The notes below the pieces were generated by a model. It had not been told where the DNA came from and made no database searches. It worked only from the letters and a program-made list of their open reading frames with translations. This document shows positions 25,103 to 36,551 of a DNA stretch of 64,000 bases, one piece after another. Numbering within the stretch: the first letter of the stretch is position 1; the number at the start of each line of letters is the position of its first letter. The position numbers and the translations under genes are program-made. Source of the DNA: Dendrobates tinctorius (Eukaryota); assembly GCF_039654945.1 (NCBI RefSeq), contig NW_027361988.1, forward strand, positions 1,240,001-1,304,000, written 5' to 3'.

Positions 25103-25253
25103 GTAACAAGGCATCGTGGACACTAAACTGGCCCAAGAACTGGCGGGACAAGGACACCAAGTTTGCCTAATGGACGACATCGCTATGGAGGAACACAGCT
25201 CTCCGGCCACCATCATCATGTGGAGCAGCTAAGCCTCTTCATCCTCGGTTTGG
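25103..25253 (+). other. Candidate 151-nt internal exon (five copies: 25103, 27016, ~33704, ~40593, ~42584)
   Basis: Long polypyrimidine tract plus tag acceptor and a TGG|gtaagt donor. Contains only a 20-codon ORF. Confidence 0.4.
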
Positions 25254-27602
25254 GTAAGTGACAATCCATGTATGTATGGTCTAAGGAGCGGTCATGGCAC
25301 ATGTACATACATGTATGTGTAAACATGTATATACAGTCAGCTGTCATGGCACTCGGGAAGTCACACCAGGGGGCTGTGTGGCCCTGTAGGCCTCTACACC
25401 ACCACACAGCCTCCCGCAACCCGCTCTACAGCACCACACAGCCTCCCGCAGCCCCGTCTACACCACCACACTTCCTCCTCCAGCCTCTGTCTCCCCCCTC
25501 CAGTCCCTGACGCCCCCCCCTCCAGCCTCCTTCCTAATTTAGAGCTTTTGGTTTTTTTTATCAGCATAAATTGTCATTTAAGAAACGATTGTCCATTCAA
25601 GAAGAGATTTGTGTTGGCAGATTATCCTAGGAAAGCGTGCTAGATGATAATAATCGTGCTGCCCATCTCACCCGACGAGCAAGCAGCACCCTTGTTCGTT
25701 GGGTGAATTGACCTTTTAAGGGAGCCCGACGTACTCACTAAATTGTCCCTATCCCTAAGTTTTTTTGGATGCAGATTGCTCTCACACGAGTGTTTTTTTG
25801 ATTTGGAAAAGAAAGAAATGAGGATGGAGAATCAAAACTTTAAGGCTAAAAAATATACTCACACATATATACACCAACTGTATAGACACACATATAAATA
25901 TTTATGGTGTATACATTAGGCTATAAGACCTGGAGACTGTTATTACACATGCTGCCACTAGGTTTATTTTCTTTTCTTTAAAAAAAAAAAGATGCAACGG
26001 ACCATAAGAACACCCCAATTTTCAGTAGGAAAATAGGGGGAAAAAAAATAATGTGTCAAATGGGGGTCCGTCTTACAGTCCGAATTCAGCTTACCTGGGA
26101 AGGGATCTGGCACAGGTGAAGTAGTCACAGGGGTCATTCAGTGGTCCAGGCTCGTGCGGTGGCGGCTCTGTGCTAGGGCAGGTTGGTTGTGCTGGGGCAG
26201 CTGCGCTGGGGGAGAGGCAGCTGCGCTGGGGGAGGGGCAGCTGCGCTGGGGCAGCTGCGCTGAGGCAGGGGCAGCAGCAGTGCTGGGGCAGGGGCAGCTG
26301 GGCAGGGGCAGCTGCGCTGGGGCAGGGGGGCTCTGTGGTGGTGGCAGCGGGCGGCGCTCTGCGGTGCGGTGGTGGCAGCGGGCTGTGCTCCGGTACAGGG
26401 ACGGCGGCTCCGTCGCGATTTCTTCGCAGCCCGGAGGCTGTGGGGGGGAGACAGGGGGTCCCTGCAGAGTGTATGGGGTCAGCTGTGGGGGGCACTGCGG
26501 GTAGACAGGGGGTCCCTGCAGAGTGTATGGGGTCAGCTGTGGGGGGCACTACGGGGGAGACAGGGGGTCCCTGCAGAGTGTATGGGGTCAGCTGTGGGGG
26601 GCTCTGCGTGGGAGACAGGGGGTCCCTGCAGAGTGTTTGGGGTCAGCTGTGGGGGGCACTGCGTGGGAGACAGGGGGTCCCTGCAGGGGGAGGTGAGGAC
26701 AGTGTATGGGCACAGCTGTGGGGGGCATGGCGGGGTACAGGCGTTCCCTGTGGGGTAGGGGAGGGTTAGGGGGGCTGTGTTGTCACTCTGCTGTGAACAC
26801 TAATTATGAATGCAATATTTCCCTTATTAATTATTGTTTTTTTATTTCTCTGTCTCTCAGTAGGTAACACTTGGGGCAGTCGCCCGCTCTCTGTGTGTCT
26901 GCTGGCAATATACGCTCGTAGAAAAAGGGGTTAATGTACCAGTACAATTCATAGGACTTAATTTTTATTCTATGTCAAAATTCAATAATTTCCTTTTCCC
27001 TTTTTTTTCCAATAGGTAACAAGGCATCGTGGACACTAAACTGGCTCAAGAACTGGCGGGACAAGGACACCAAGTTTGCCTAATGGACGACATCGCTATG
27101 GAGGAACACAGCTCTCCGGCCACCATCATCATGTGGAGCAGCTAAGCCTCTTCATCCTCGGTTTGGGTAAGTGACAATCCATGTATGTATGGTCTAAGGA
27201 GCGGTCATGGCACATGTACATACATGTATGTGTAAACATGTATATACAGTCAGCTGTCATGGCACTCGGGAAGTCACACCAGGGGGCTGTGTGGCCCTGT
27301 AGGCCTCTACACCACCACACAGCCTCCCGCAACCCGCTCTACAGCACCACACAGCCTCCCGCAGCCCCGTCTACACCACCACACTTCCTCCTCCAGCCTC
27401 TGTCTCCCCCCTCCAGTCCCTGACGCCCCCCCCTCCAGCCTCCTTCCTAATTTAGAGCTTTTGGTTTTTTTTATCAGCATAAATTGTCATTTAAGAAACG
27501 ATTGTCCATTCAAGAAGAGATTTGTGTTGGCAGATTATCCTAGGAAAGCGTGTTAGATGATAATAATCGTGCTGCCCATCTCACCCGACGAGCAAGCAGC
27601 AC

Positions 27603-28378
27603 CAGGGTGGATAAAAATCTTGAATTTTTTAAAAAAATCAAAAAAATCAGATTTTTTTGATTTAAATCAGATGATTGCAGTTTTCATAATGTGATTTCAA
27701 ACGGCAAACAAGTCCTTGGATATCCTTTTGACAGTATTTGCACTTTGCTCTTGCACCTTTCTTTCCAAGATCTGCTGCTGGCATCTCAACAAAATGAACC
27801 CAAATAGGGTCTCTCTTACGACCTGCTGCCATGGCTCACACAGATCACTTATGAAGTTTGATTGTTACTACAGCCTGAGCCAAGCACTGCTGATGTTACT
27901 ACAGCCTGAGCCAAGTACTGCTGACTATCCAACAAGTTTGGGCATGTCAACTGAATGCAGGGAAAAAGAAACTAAACCAAAACTGAAACCAAGCTAGAAG
28001 TGTGGAATTAAAGGGGCAGTATGAACAAAATGTGGAGGCTATTAATAGTTTATACAATTAAGACATGCTGCTTTTAAACACCTACCTATTGCCATATAGT
28101 AAAACAAAAAAGATTTTTACTTACTTTGGGGTCCCCCCCTCACCCTGGCGTTAGATCGTTGCCCCTACTTTCGTCCGTGTAACTATGGGCGCACATGCAC
28201 ACTGCTCTCACTTCTCATTTTAATCGTGATTTATATTAAAAAAAAAAACCTTTTGATTTAAATCAGTGATTTAAATCATGATTAAAATCATGATTTAAAT
28301 CGATCCGATTTAAATAGAAAAAAATCTTTTGATTTAAATCATGATTTAAATCGGCGTGATTTAAATCAATCCACCCTG
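27603..28378 (-). mobile_element. Non-autonomous deletion derivative of the hAT at 9922-13299, copy 1
   Basis: Same TIRs, ~700 bp of the left end joined to ~70 bp of the right end, 8-bp TSD AGCAGCAC. Confidence 0.95.
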
Positions 28379-28709
28379 AGCAGCACCCTTGTTCGTTGGG
28401 TGAATTGACCTTTTAAGGGAGCCCGACGTACTCACTAAATTGTCCCTATCCCTAAGTTTTTTTGGATGCAGATTGCTCTCACACGAGTGTTTTTTTGATT
28501 TGGAAAAGAAAGAAATGAGGATGGAGAATCAAAACTTTAAGGCTAAAAAATATACTCACACATATATACACCAACTGTATAGACACACATATAAATATTT
28601 ATGGTGTATACATTAGGCTATAAGACCTGGAGACTGTTATTACACATGCTGCCACTAGGTTTATTTTCTTTTCTTTAAAAAAAAAAAACAAAAAAAAAAA
28701 AACTGTCGC

Positions 28710-28922
28710 TGTCAGGAGTGGGATTCGAACCCACGCCTCCACGTGGTGACTGCAGATGCTGAACACGCTCCCTGGTGCACAACAGCTTGCACCTCCAGGG
28801 ACCAGTACTGCTGCTGTCAAGGAGTGGGATTTGAACCCACGCCTCCACATGTGGTGACTGCAGACGCTTAACACGCTCCCTGGTGCACAACAGCTTGCAC
28901 CTCCAGGGACCAGTACTGCTGC
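28710..28922 (-). repeat. Two 105-108-bp modules (hairpin spacer plus tRNA-Leu 3' half) ending at an oligo-T tract
   Basis: GGAGGCGTGGGTTC(G/A)AATCCCACTCC(T)TGACA is repeated, with a T-run at 28677-28702 on the minus strand. Confidence 0.9.
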
Positions 28923-29005
28923 TGTCAGGAGTGGGATTCGAACCCACGCCTCCACGGGAGACTGCAACCTGAACACAGTGCCTTAGACCACTAGGCCATC
29001 CTGAC
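28923..29005 (-). tRNA. tRNA-Leu(CAG), degenerate and probably a pseudogene
   Basis: 83 nt GTCAGGATGGCC...GGTTCGAATCCCACTCCTGACA. About 6 differences from the canonical vertebrate Leu-CAG as I recall it, mostly CpG decay. A and B boxes are retained. Confidence 0.85.
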
Positions 29006-29554
29006 TGCTGACATTGACATGCTCCCTGGTGACACAAGAGTTTGCACCACCAGGGACTTCAGTACAGATCTGCTGTCCAAATCAGACATTGGGGCCCCTG
29101 GTGGGACTTCTGGCAAAGCCAGAGGGGACATTGGGATGTCATTTGAAAGCTAATTACCAGACTGAGGTGAGGGAGCAGTTCTTGGGGCTGTGTGGTGCTC
29201 TGTTGGGCATTTGTGCACCCTCAAGCCTGCACCACAAGGACCACTTTTATCCATGGACAGCCAGGCTCTGACCCCCTGAATTCAAATTCCATTTGGAGCA
29301 GGGGGACAAGTGATGTTGCTGTATGTAGGTGGCCTCCTGGATGATGTTCCTGCCAAGCTTGATTTGCCTGACCCCTTCTGCAGAGTAGTTAAGGGGATTG
29401 AGAACCCCCAAGACTGCCCCAGACTGAAAATGTCTTTTCAAATCTGCTGTCCAAATCAGACATTGGGGCCTCTGGTAAAGCCAGAGGGGACATTGGGATG
29501 TCATTTGAAAGCTAATTACCAGCTTCTTTTTCATTACTTTAGTTCTGCAGACAG

Positions 29555-31006
29555 ATGGTAAACGCCATTGTCTGTAAAGACCCCGTTACACACTGCGATA
29601 TCGCTAGCAATATTTTTGAACCCCTCTCCATAATCTTTGAAAATTCTTGGAGAACAGGAGAAGTGCCAGAAGACTGGAGAAGAGCAAATGTTGTTCCTAT
29701 CTTCAAAAAGGGGAAGAAGGTGGACCCAGGTAACTATAGGCCGGTGAGTCTGACTTCTATACCAGGAAAGATCTTTGAACAAATTATTAAACAACATGTA
29801 TGTCAATACCTGGATAAGAATGAAGTGATTAAACAGAGTCAGCATGGGTTTCTAACTAATAAGTCATGTCAGACTAACTTAATTTCCTTCTATGACGGTA
29901 TCACTGATTGGGTGGATCAAGGAAATGCTGTAGATATAGTATATCTTGACTTCAGCAAAGCATTTGACAAAGTCTCTCATACAATCCTTATTGAAAAAAT
30001 GACTAAGTATGGAATGGACAAGGCAACTGTTAGGTGGATTCATAACTGGCTTAGTGATCGGACCCAAAGAGTGGTCGTAAATGGCTGCACATCCAGTTGG
30101 AAGAATGTCTCAAGTGGGGTACCACAGGGCTCTGTCCTGGGCCCTGTATTGTTCAACATCTTTATCAACGATTTAGATGAAGGAATTGAGGGTAAACTGA
30201 TTAAATTTGCTGATGACACAAAGCTAGGAGGGATAGCTAATACTAGAGAAGAGAGAGAGAGGATTCAAAAAGATTTAAATAAACTGGAGAAGTGGGCAGC
30301 AACTAACAGAATGGTTTTTAACAGGGAGAAATGCAAAGTACTACATCTGGGCAATAAAAATGAAAAAAGCATATATAGAATGGGAGGAATAGGGCTAAGT
30401 GACAGCACATGTGAAAAAGACTTGGGTATACTAATAGATCACAGACTGAATATGAGTCAACAGTGTGATGCAGCAGCAAAAAAGGCAAATGCAATTCTAG
30501 GATGTATTAACAGAAGCATACAGTCTAGATCACGTGAAGTCATTATTTCCCTCTACTCCTCTTTGGTCAGACCTCATCTGGAATATTGTGTCCAGTTTTG
30601 GGCACCACATTTTAAAAAAGACATCAACAAACTGGAGCAAGTTCAGAAAAGAGCGACCAGAATGGTGACCGGTCTGCAAACCCTGTCTTATGAGGAAAGG
30701 TTGCAGGATTTGGGAATGTTTAGTTTGCAAAAGAGAAGACTGAGAGGAGACTTAATAGCTGTCTACAAATATCTAAAGGGCTGTCACATTGTAGAAGGAT
30801 CAACTTTATTCTCATTTGCACAAGGAAAGACTAGAAGCAATGGGATGAAACTGAATGGGAAGAGACACAGATTAGATATTAGAAAAAACTTTTTGACAGT
30901 TAGAGTGATCAATGAGTGGAACAGGCTGCCACGAGAAGTGGTGAGTTCTCCTTCAATGGAAGTCTTCAAACAGAGGCTGGACAGACATCTGACTGGGATG
31001 ATTTAG
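29555..31006 (+). CDS. 483-aa ORF: ~19 non-LINE codons fused in frame to an uninterrupted CR1 reverse transcriptase domain (no endonuclease)
   Basis: PGNYRPVSLTS, QHGF, YLDFSKAFD, GVPQGSVLGP, KFADD, DLG motifs. Expression is unproven. Confidence 0.7.
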   Translation: MVNAIVCKDPVTHCDIASNIFEPLSIIFENSWRTGEVPEDWRRANVVPIFKKGKKVDPGNYRPVSLTSIPGKIFEQIIKQHVCQYLDKNEVIKQSQHGFLTNKSCQTNLISFYDGITDWVDQGNAVDIVYLDFSKAFDKVSHTILIEKMTKYGMDKATVRWIHNWLSDRTQRVVVNGCTSSWKNVSSGVPQGSVLGPVLFNIFINDLDEGIEGKLIKFADDTKLGGIANTREERERIQKDLNKLEKWAATNRMVFNREKCKVLHLGNKNEKSIYRMGGIGLSDSTCEKDLGILIDHRLNMSQQCDAAAKKANAILGCINRSIQSRSREVIISLYSSLVRPHLEYCVQFWAPHFKKDINKLEQVQKRATRMVTGLQTLSYEERLQDLGMFSLQKRRLRGDLIAVYKYLKGCHIVEGSTLFSFAQGKTRSNGMKLNGKRHRLDIRKNFLTVRVINEWNRLPREVVSSPSMEVFKQRLDRHLTGMI

Positions 31007-31437
31007 CGAATCCTGCTTTGAGCAGGGGGTTGGACCAGATGGCCCAGGAGGTCCCTTCCAACTCTACGATTCTATGATTCTATATTGCTGTAAAGTCACC
31101 GATTTTGTGACGTTGCAGCGATATTGCTAGCGATATCCCTGCATGTGATACTTACCTCCGACCGGCTCCCCCGCTGGTTATCACTGATCGCGCGAGAAGC
31201 TCCTGGTCCATTCCTCGTCGGCCACTTCCTGCTGGGCTTCCTGTGGCGCCCAGGGCGGGAGGACGCAGGATCGCCGCGTCTGACAGGTAAGTAGCGATCC
31301 CCGTCCCCAGCAATGTCGCTGGTGAGATCTGCCTGTGTAGCAGCTCACTAGCGACCACCTAGCAATGCACCAGCGATCCTGACCACGTCATATCGCTAGT
31401 CGGGATCGCTGGTGCATCGCTAGGTGTAACGGTACCC
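29578..31437. mobile_element. PIF/Harbinger-like MITE split by a 5'-truncated CR1 (CR1 ~29613-31083)
   Basis: Termini agaccccgttacac / gtgtaacggtaccc with TAA on both sides. Removing the CR1 rejoins gcaatatt|gctgtaaag. Confidence 0.8.
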
Positions 31438-34290
31438 TAAGTGTTACAATGAGTCACTTCTAACTGGCTAGATAGAAAAGTTGCAGACTCTGTAATCTCA
31501 GGATAAATTACCGTATTTTTCGGACTATAAGATGCAACGGACCATAAGAACACCCCAATTTTCAGTAGGAAAATAGGGGGAAAAAAAATAATGTGTCAAA
31601 TGGGGGTCCGTCTTACAGTCCGAATTCAGCTTACCTGGGAAGGGATCTGGCACAGGTGAAGTAGTCACAGGGGTCATTCAGTGGTCCAGGCTCGTGCGGT
31701 GGCGGCTCTGTGCTAGGGCAGGTTGGTTGTGCTGGGGCAGCTGCGCTGGGGGAGAGGCAGCTGCGCTGAGGCAGGGGCAGCAGCAGCGCTGGGGCAGGGG
31801 CAGCAGCAGCGCTGGGGCAGGGGCAGCAGCAGCGCTGAGGCAGGGGCAGCAGCAGCGCTGAGGCAGGGGCAGCAGCAGCGCTGAGGCAGGGGCAGCAGCA
31901 GCGCTGAGGCAGGGGCAGCAGCAGCGCTGAGGCAGGGGCAGCAGCAGCGCTGGGGCAGGGGCAGCAGCTGCGCTGGGGCAGGGGCAGCTGTGCTGGGGCA
32001 GGGGCAGCTGTGCTGGGGCAGGTGGGCTCTGTGGTGGTGGCAGCGGGCGGCGCTCTGCGGTGCGGTGGTGGCAGCGGGCTGTGCTCCGGTACAGGGACGG
32101 CGGCTCCGCCGCGATTTCTTCGCAGCCCGGAGGCCCCCGCACTTCCCTTGCTGGCCGCCGCCATGTTGCAGTGGCCTCCGGGAGCATGGACGCCGGAAAG
32201 AATCTGCCGCAGACCTCAAAATTTGAAATCTCATTTTCAAAAGTGAGAGCCGGCTAATGGTGCCAAAAATGAGAGCAATAGCTTTAACAACCGGTTCCAC
32301 CGAACCGGGGAGAACCCGCTGAATCCCACCCCTGGCTGCGCCCCGAGGGCTCATAGTGCTGCGCTGTGTGGAGTGGGATTCGAACCCACGCCTCCACGTG
32401 GTGACTGCAGACGCTGAACACGCTCCCTGGTGCACAACAGCTTGCACCTCCAGGGACCAGTACTGCTGCTGTCAGGAGTGGGATTCGAACCCACGCCTCT
32501 ACGGGAGACTGCCCCGAGGGCTCATAGTGCTGCGCTGTGTGGTGCGGGGTGGGCAGGGTCAGCGCTGCGCCCCCAGGGCTCATAGTGCTCCGCTGTGTGG
32601 TGCGGGGTGGGTGGGGTCAGCGCTGCGCCCCCAGGGCTTATAGCGCTGCGCTGTGTGGTGCGGCGTGGGCGGGGTCAGCGCTGCACCCCCAGGGCTCATA
32701 GTGCTCCGCTGTGTGGTGCGGGGTCATCTCCCATCTCCTCCCTGGCTCTGTGCTGCTGTGTAAGATCGCTTAGTGGTGGGGGAGGGGCGGCAGTGACTGG
32801 CCGGTGGGCAGGGTCACTGTGCTATGGGAACCAAGATCCGGCCTGCATAGAAGGTGGAAGAGGGAGGAGTCGTGTGACACGCCGAGCTGCCTGTGACTCA
32901 TCCCCTGGCTCGGGGGGCGGAGTCAGCGCCGTGCAGCACACAAACAGTCTCTCCCTGGCTTGCAGTACAGTGAGGCTGGGGGATGGGCGGCCGGGCTCTG
33001 TGTCACGTGGCTCCGAGCCCACCCCCTGCTTTCTCGGTCTAACTGCAGCAACAATGACGTCACCTGAGCGCCAGATTTGAACCTTGGAGCTGCCGGCCGG
33101 TAACTGTATGCCTGTATGGGGTCAGCTGTGGGGGGAGGCAGGGGGTCCCTGCAGAGTGTATGGGGTCAGCTGTGGGGGGCACTGCGGGTAGACAGGGGGT
33201 CCCTGCAGAGTGTATGGGGTCAGCTGTGGGGGGCACTACGGGGGAGACAGGGGGTCCCTGCAGAGTGTATGGGGTCAGCTGTGGGGGGCACTGCGTGGGA
33301 GACAGGGGGTCCCTGCAGAGTGTTTGGGGTCAGCTGTGGGGGGCACTGCGTGGGAGACAGGTGGTCCCTGCAGGGGGAGGTGAGGACAGTGTATGGGCAC
33401 AGCTGTGGGGGGCATGGCGGGGTACAGGCGTTCCCTGTGGGGTAGGGGAGGGTTAGGGGGGCTGTGTTGTCACTCTGCTGTGAACACTAATTATGAATGC
33501 AATATTTCCCTTATTAATTATTGTTTTTTTATTTCTCTGTCTCTCAGTAGGTAACACTTGGGGCAGTCGCCCGCTCTCTGTGTGTCTGCTGGCAATATAC
33601 GCTCGTAGAAAAAGGGGTTAATGTACCAGTACAATTCATAGGACTTAATTTTTATTCTATGTCAAAATTCAATAATTTCCTTTTCCCTTTTTTTTTCCAA
33701 TAGGTAACAAGGCATCGTGGACACTAAACTGGCCCAAGAACTGGCGGGACAAGGACACCAAGTTTGCCTAATGGACGACATCGCTATGGAGGAACACAGC
33801 TCTCCGGCCACCATCATCATGTGGAGCAGCTAAGCCTCTTCATCCTCGGTTTGGGTAAGTGACAATCCATGTATGTATGGTCTAAGGAGCGGTCATGGCA
33901 CATGTACATACATGTATGTGTAAACATGTATATACAGTCAGCTGTCATGGCACTCGGGAAGTCACACCAGGGGGCTGTGTGGCCCTGTAGGCCTCTACAC
34001 CACCACACAGCCTCCCGCAACCCGCTCTACAGCACCACACAGCCTCCCGCAGCCCCGTCTACACCACCACACTTCCTCCTCCAGCCTCTGTCTCCCCCCT
34101 CCAGTCCCTGACGCCCCCCCCTCCAGCCTCCTTCCTAATTTAGAGCTTTTGGTTTTTTTTATCAGCATAAATTGTCATTTAAGAAACGATTGTCCATTCA
34201 AGAAGAGATTTGTGTTGGCAGATTATCCTAGGAAAGCGTGTTAGATGATAATAATCGTGCTGCCCATCTCACCCGACGAGCAAGCAGCAC

Positions 34291-35055
34291 CAGGGTGGAT
34301 AAAAATCTTGAATTTTTTAAAAAAATCAGATTTTTTTGATTTAAATCATTTGATTGCAGTTTTCATAATGTGATTTCAAACGGCAAACAAGTCCTTGGAT
34401 ATCCTTTTGACAGTATTTGCACTTTGCTCTTGCACCTTTCTTTCCAAGATCTGCTGCTGGCATCTCAACAAAATGAACCCAAATAGGGTCTCTCTTACGA
34501 CCTGCTGCCATGGCTCACACAGATCACTTATGAAGTTTGATTGTTACTACAGCCTGAGCCAAGCACTGCTGATGTTACTACAGCCTGAGCCAAGTACTGC
34601 TGACTATCCAACAAGTTTGGGCATGTCAACTGAATGCAGGGAAAAAGAAACTAAACCAAAACTGAAACCAAGCTAGAAGTGTGGAATTAAAGGGGCAGTA
34701 TGAACAAAATGTGGAGGCTATTAATAGTTTATACAATTAAGACATGCTGCTTTTAAACACCTACCTATTGCCATATAGTAAAACAAAAAAGATTTTTACT
34801 TACTTTGGGGTCCCCCCCTCACCCTGGCGTTAGATCGTTGCCCCTACTTTCGTCCGTGTAACTATGGGCGCACATGCACACTGCTCTCACTTCTCATTTT
34901 AATCGTGATTTATATTAAAAAAAAACCTTTTGATTTAAATCAGTGATTTAAATCATGATTTAAATCGATCCGATTTAAATAGAAAAAAATCTTTTGATTT
35001 AAATCGTGATTTAAATCATGATTTAAATCGGCGTGATTTAAATCAATCCACCCTG
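34291..35055 (-). mobile_element. hAT deletion derivative, copy 2
   Basis: TIRs and AGCAGCAC TSD. Confidence 0.95.
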
Positions 35056-35381
35056 AGCAGCACCCTTGTTCGTTGGGTGAATTGACCTTTTAAGGGAGCC
35101 CGACGTACTCACTAAATTGTCCCTATCCCTAAGTTTTTTTGGATGCAGATTGCTCTCACACGAGTGTTTTTTTGATTTGGAAAAGAAAGAAATGAGGATG
35201 GAGAATCAAAACTTTAAGGCTAAAAAATATACTCACACATATATACACCAACTGTATAGACACACATATAAATATTTATGGTGTATACATTAGGCTATAA
35301 GACCTGGAGACTGTTATTACACATGCTGCCACTAGGTTTATTTTCTTTTCTTTAAAAAAAAACAAAAAAAAAAACTGTCGC

Positions 35382-35919
35382 TGTCAGGAGTGGGATTCGA
35401 ACCCACGCCTCCACGTGGTGACTGCAGACGCTGAACACGCTCCCTGGTGCACAACAGCTTGCACCTCCAGGGACCAGTACTGCTGCTGTCAAGGAGTGGG
35501 ATTTGAACCCACGCCTCCACATGTGGTGACTGCAGACGGTTAACACGCTCCCTGGTGCGCAACAGCTTGCACCTCCAGGGACCAGTACTGCTGCTGTCAG
35601 GAGTGGGATTCGAACCCACGCCTCCACGGGAGACTGTTATTACACATGCTGCCACTAGGTTTATTTTCTTTTCTTTAAAAAAAAAAACAAAAAAAAAAAC
35701 TGTCGCTGTCAGGAGTGGGATTCGAACCCACGCCTCCACGTGGTGACTGCAGACGCTGAACACGCTCCCTGGTGCACAACAGCTTGCACCTCCAGGGACC
35801 AGTACTGCTGCTGTCAAGGAGTGGGATTTGAACCCACGCCTCCACATGTGGTGACTGCAGACGCTTAACACGCTCCCTGGTGCACAACAGCTTGCACCTC
35901 CAGGGACCAGTACTGCTGC
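35382..35919 (-). repeat. Five tRNA-Leu half modules in two blocks separated by a duplicated T-run
   Basis: Modules at 35382, 35487, 35595, 35707 and 35812. Confidence 0.9.
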
Positions 35920-36002
35920 TGTCAGGAGTGGGATTCGAACCCACGCCTCCACGGGAGACTGCAACCTCAACACAGTGCCTTAGACCACTAGGCCATCCTG
36001 AC
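35920..36002 (-). tRNA. Degenerate tRNA-Leu copy with anticodon mutated CAG to GAG
   Basis: The anticodon arm reads CTGTG-TTGAGGT-TGCAG. Confidence 0.8.
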
Positions 36003-36551
36003 TGCTGACATTGACATGCTCCCTGGTGACACAAGAGTTTGCACCACCAGGGACTTCAGTACAGATCTGCTGTCCAAATCAGACATTGGGGCCCCTGGTG
36101 GGACTTCTGGCAAAGCCAGAGGGGACATTGGGATGTCATTTGAAAGCTAATTACCAGACTGAGGTGAGGGAGCAGTTTATGGGGCTGTGTGGTGCTCTGT
36201 TGGGCATTTGTGCACCCTCAAGCCTGCACCACAAGGACCACTTTTATCCATGGACAGCCAGGCTCTGACCCCCTGAATTCAAATTCCATTTGGAGCAGGG
36301 GGACAAGTGATGTTGCTGTATGTAGGTGGCCTCCTGGATGATGTTCCTGCCAAGCTTGATTTGCCTGACCCCTTCTGCAGAGTAGTTAAGGGGATTGAGA
36401 ACCCCCAAGACTGCCCCAGACTGAAAATGTCTTTTCAAATCTGCTGTCCAAATCAGACATTGGGGCCTCTGGTAAAGCCAGAGGGGACATTGGGATGTCA
36501 TTTGAAAGCTAATTACCAGCTTCTTTTTCATTACTTTAGTTCTGCAGACAG

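Noticed and set aside
27716-27997. 93-aa ORF recurring four times (MDILLTVF...)
   Set aside because: It is the antisense frame of the hAT left end and BED exon.
29555-31006. Bacterial retron, DGR or group II intron RT
   Set aside because: The motifs and the 3' ATTCTRTG-type tail identify a CR1 LINE. No msr/msd or TR/VR pair is seen.
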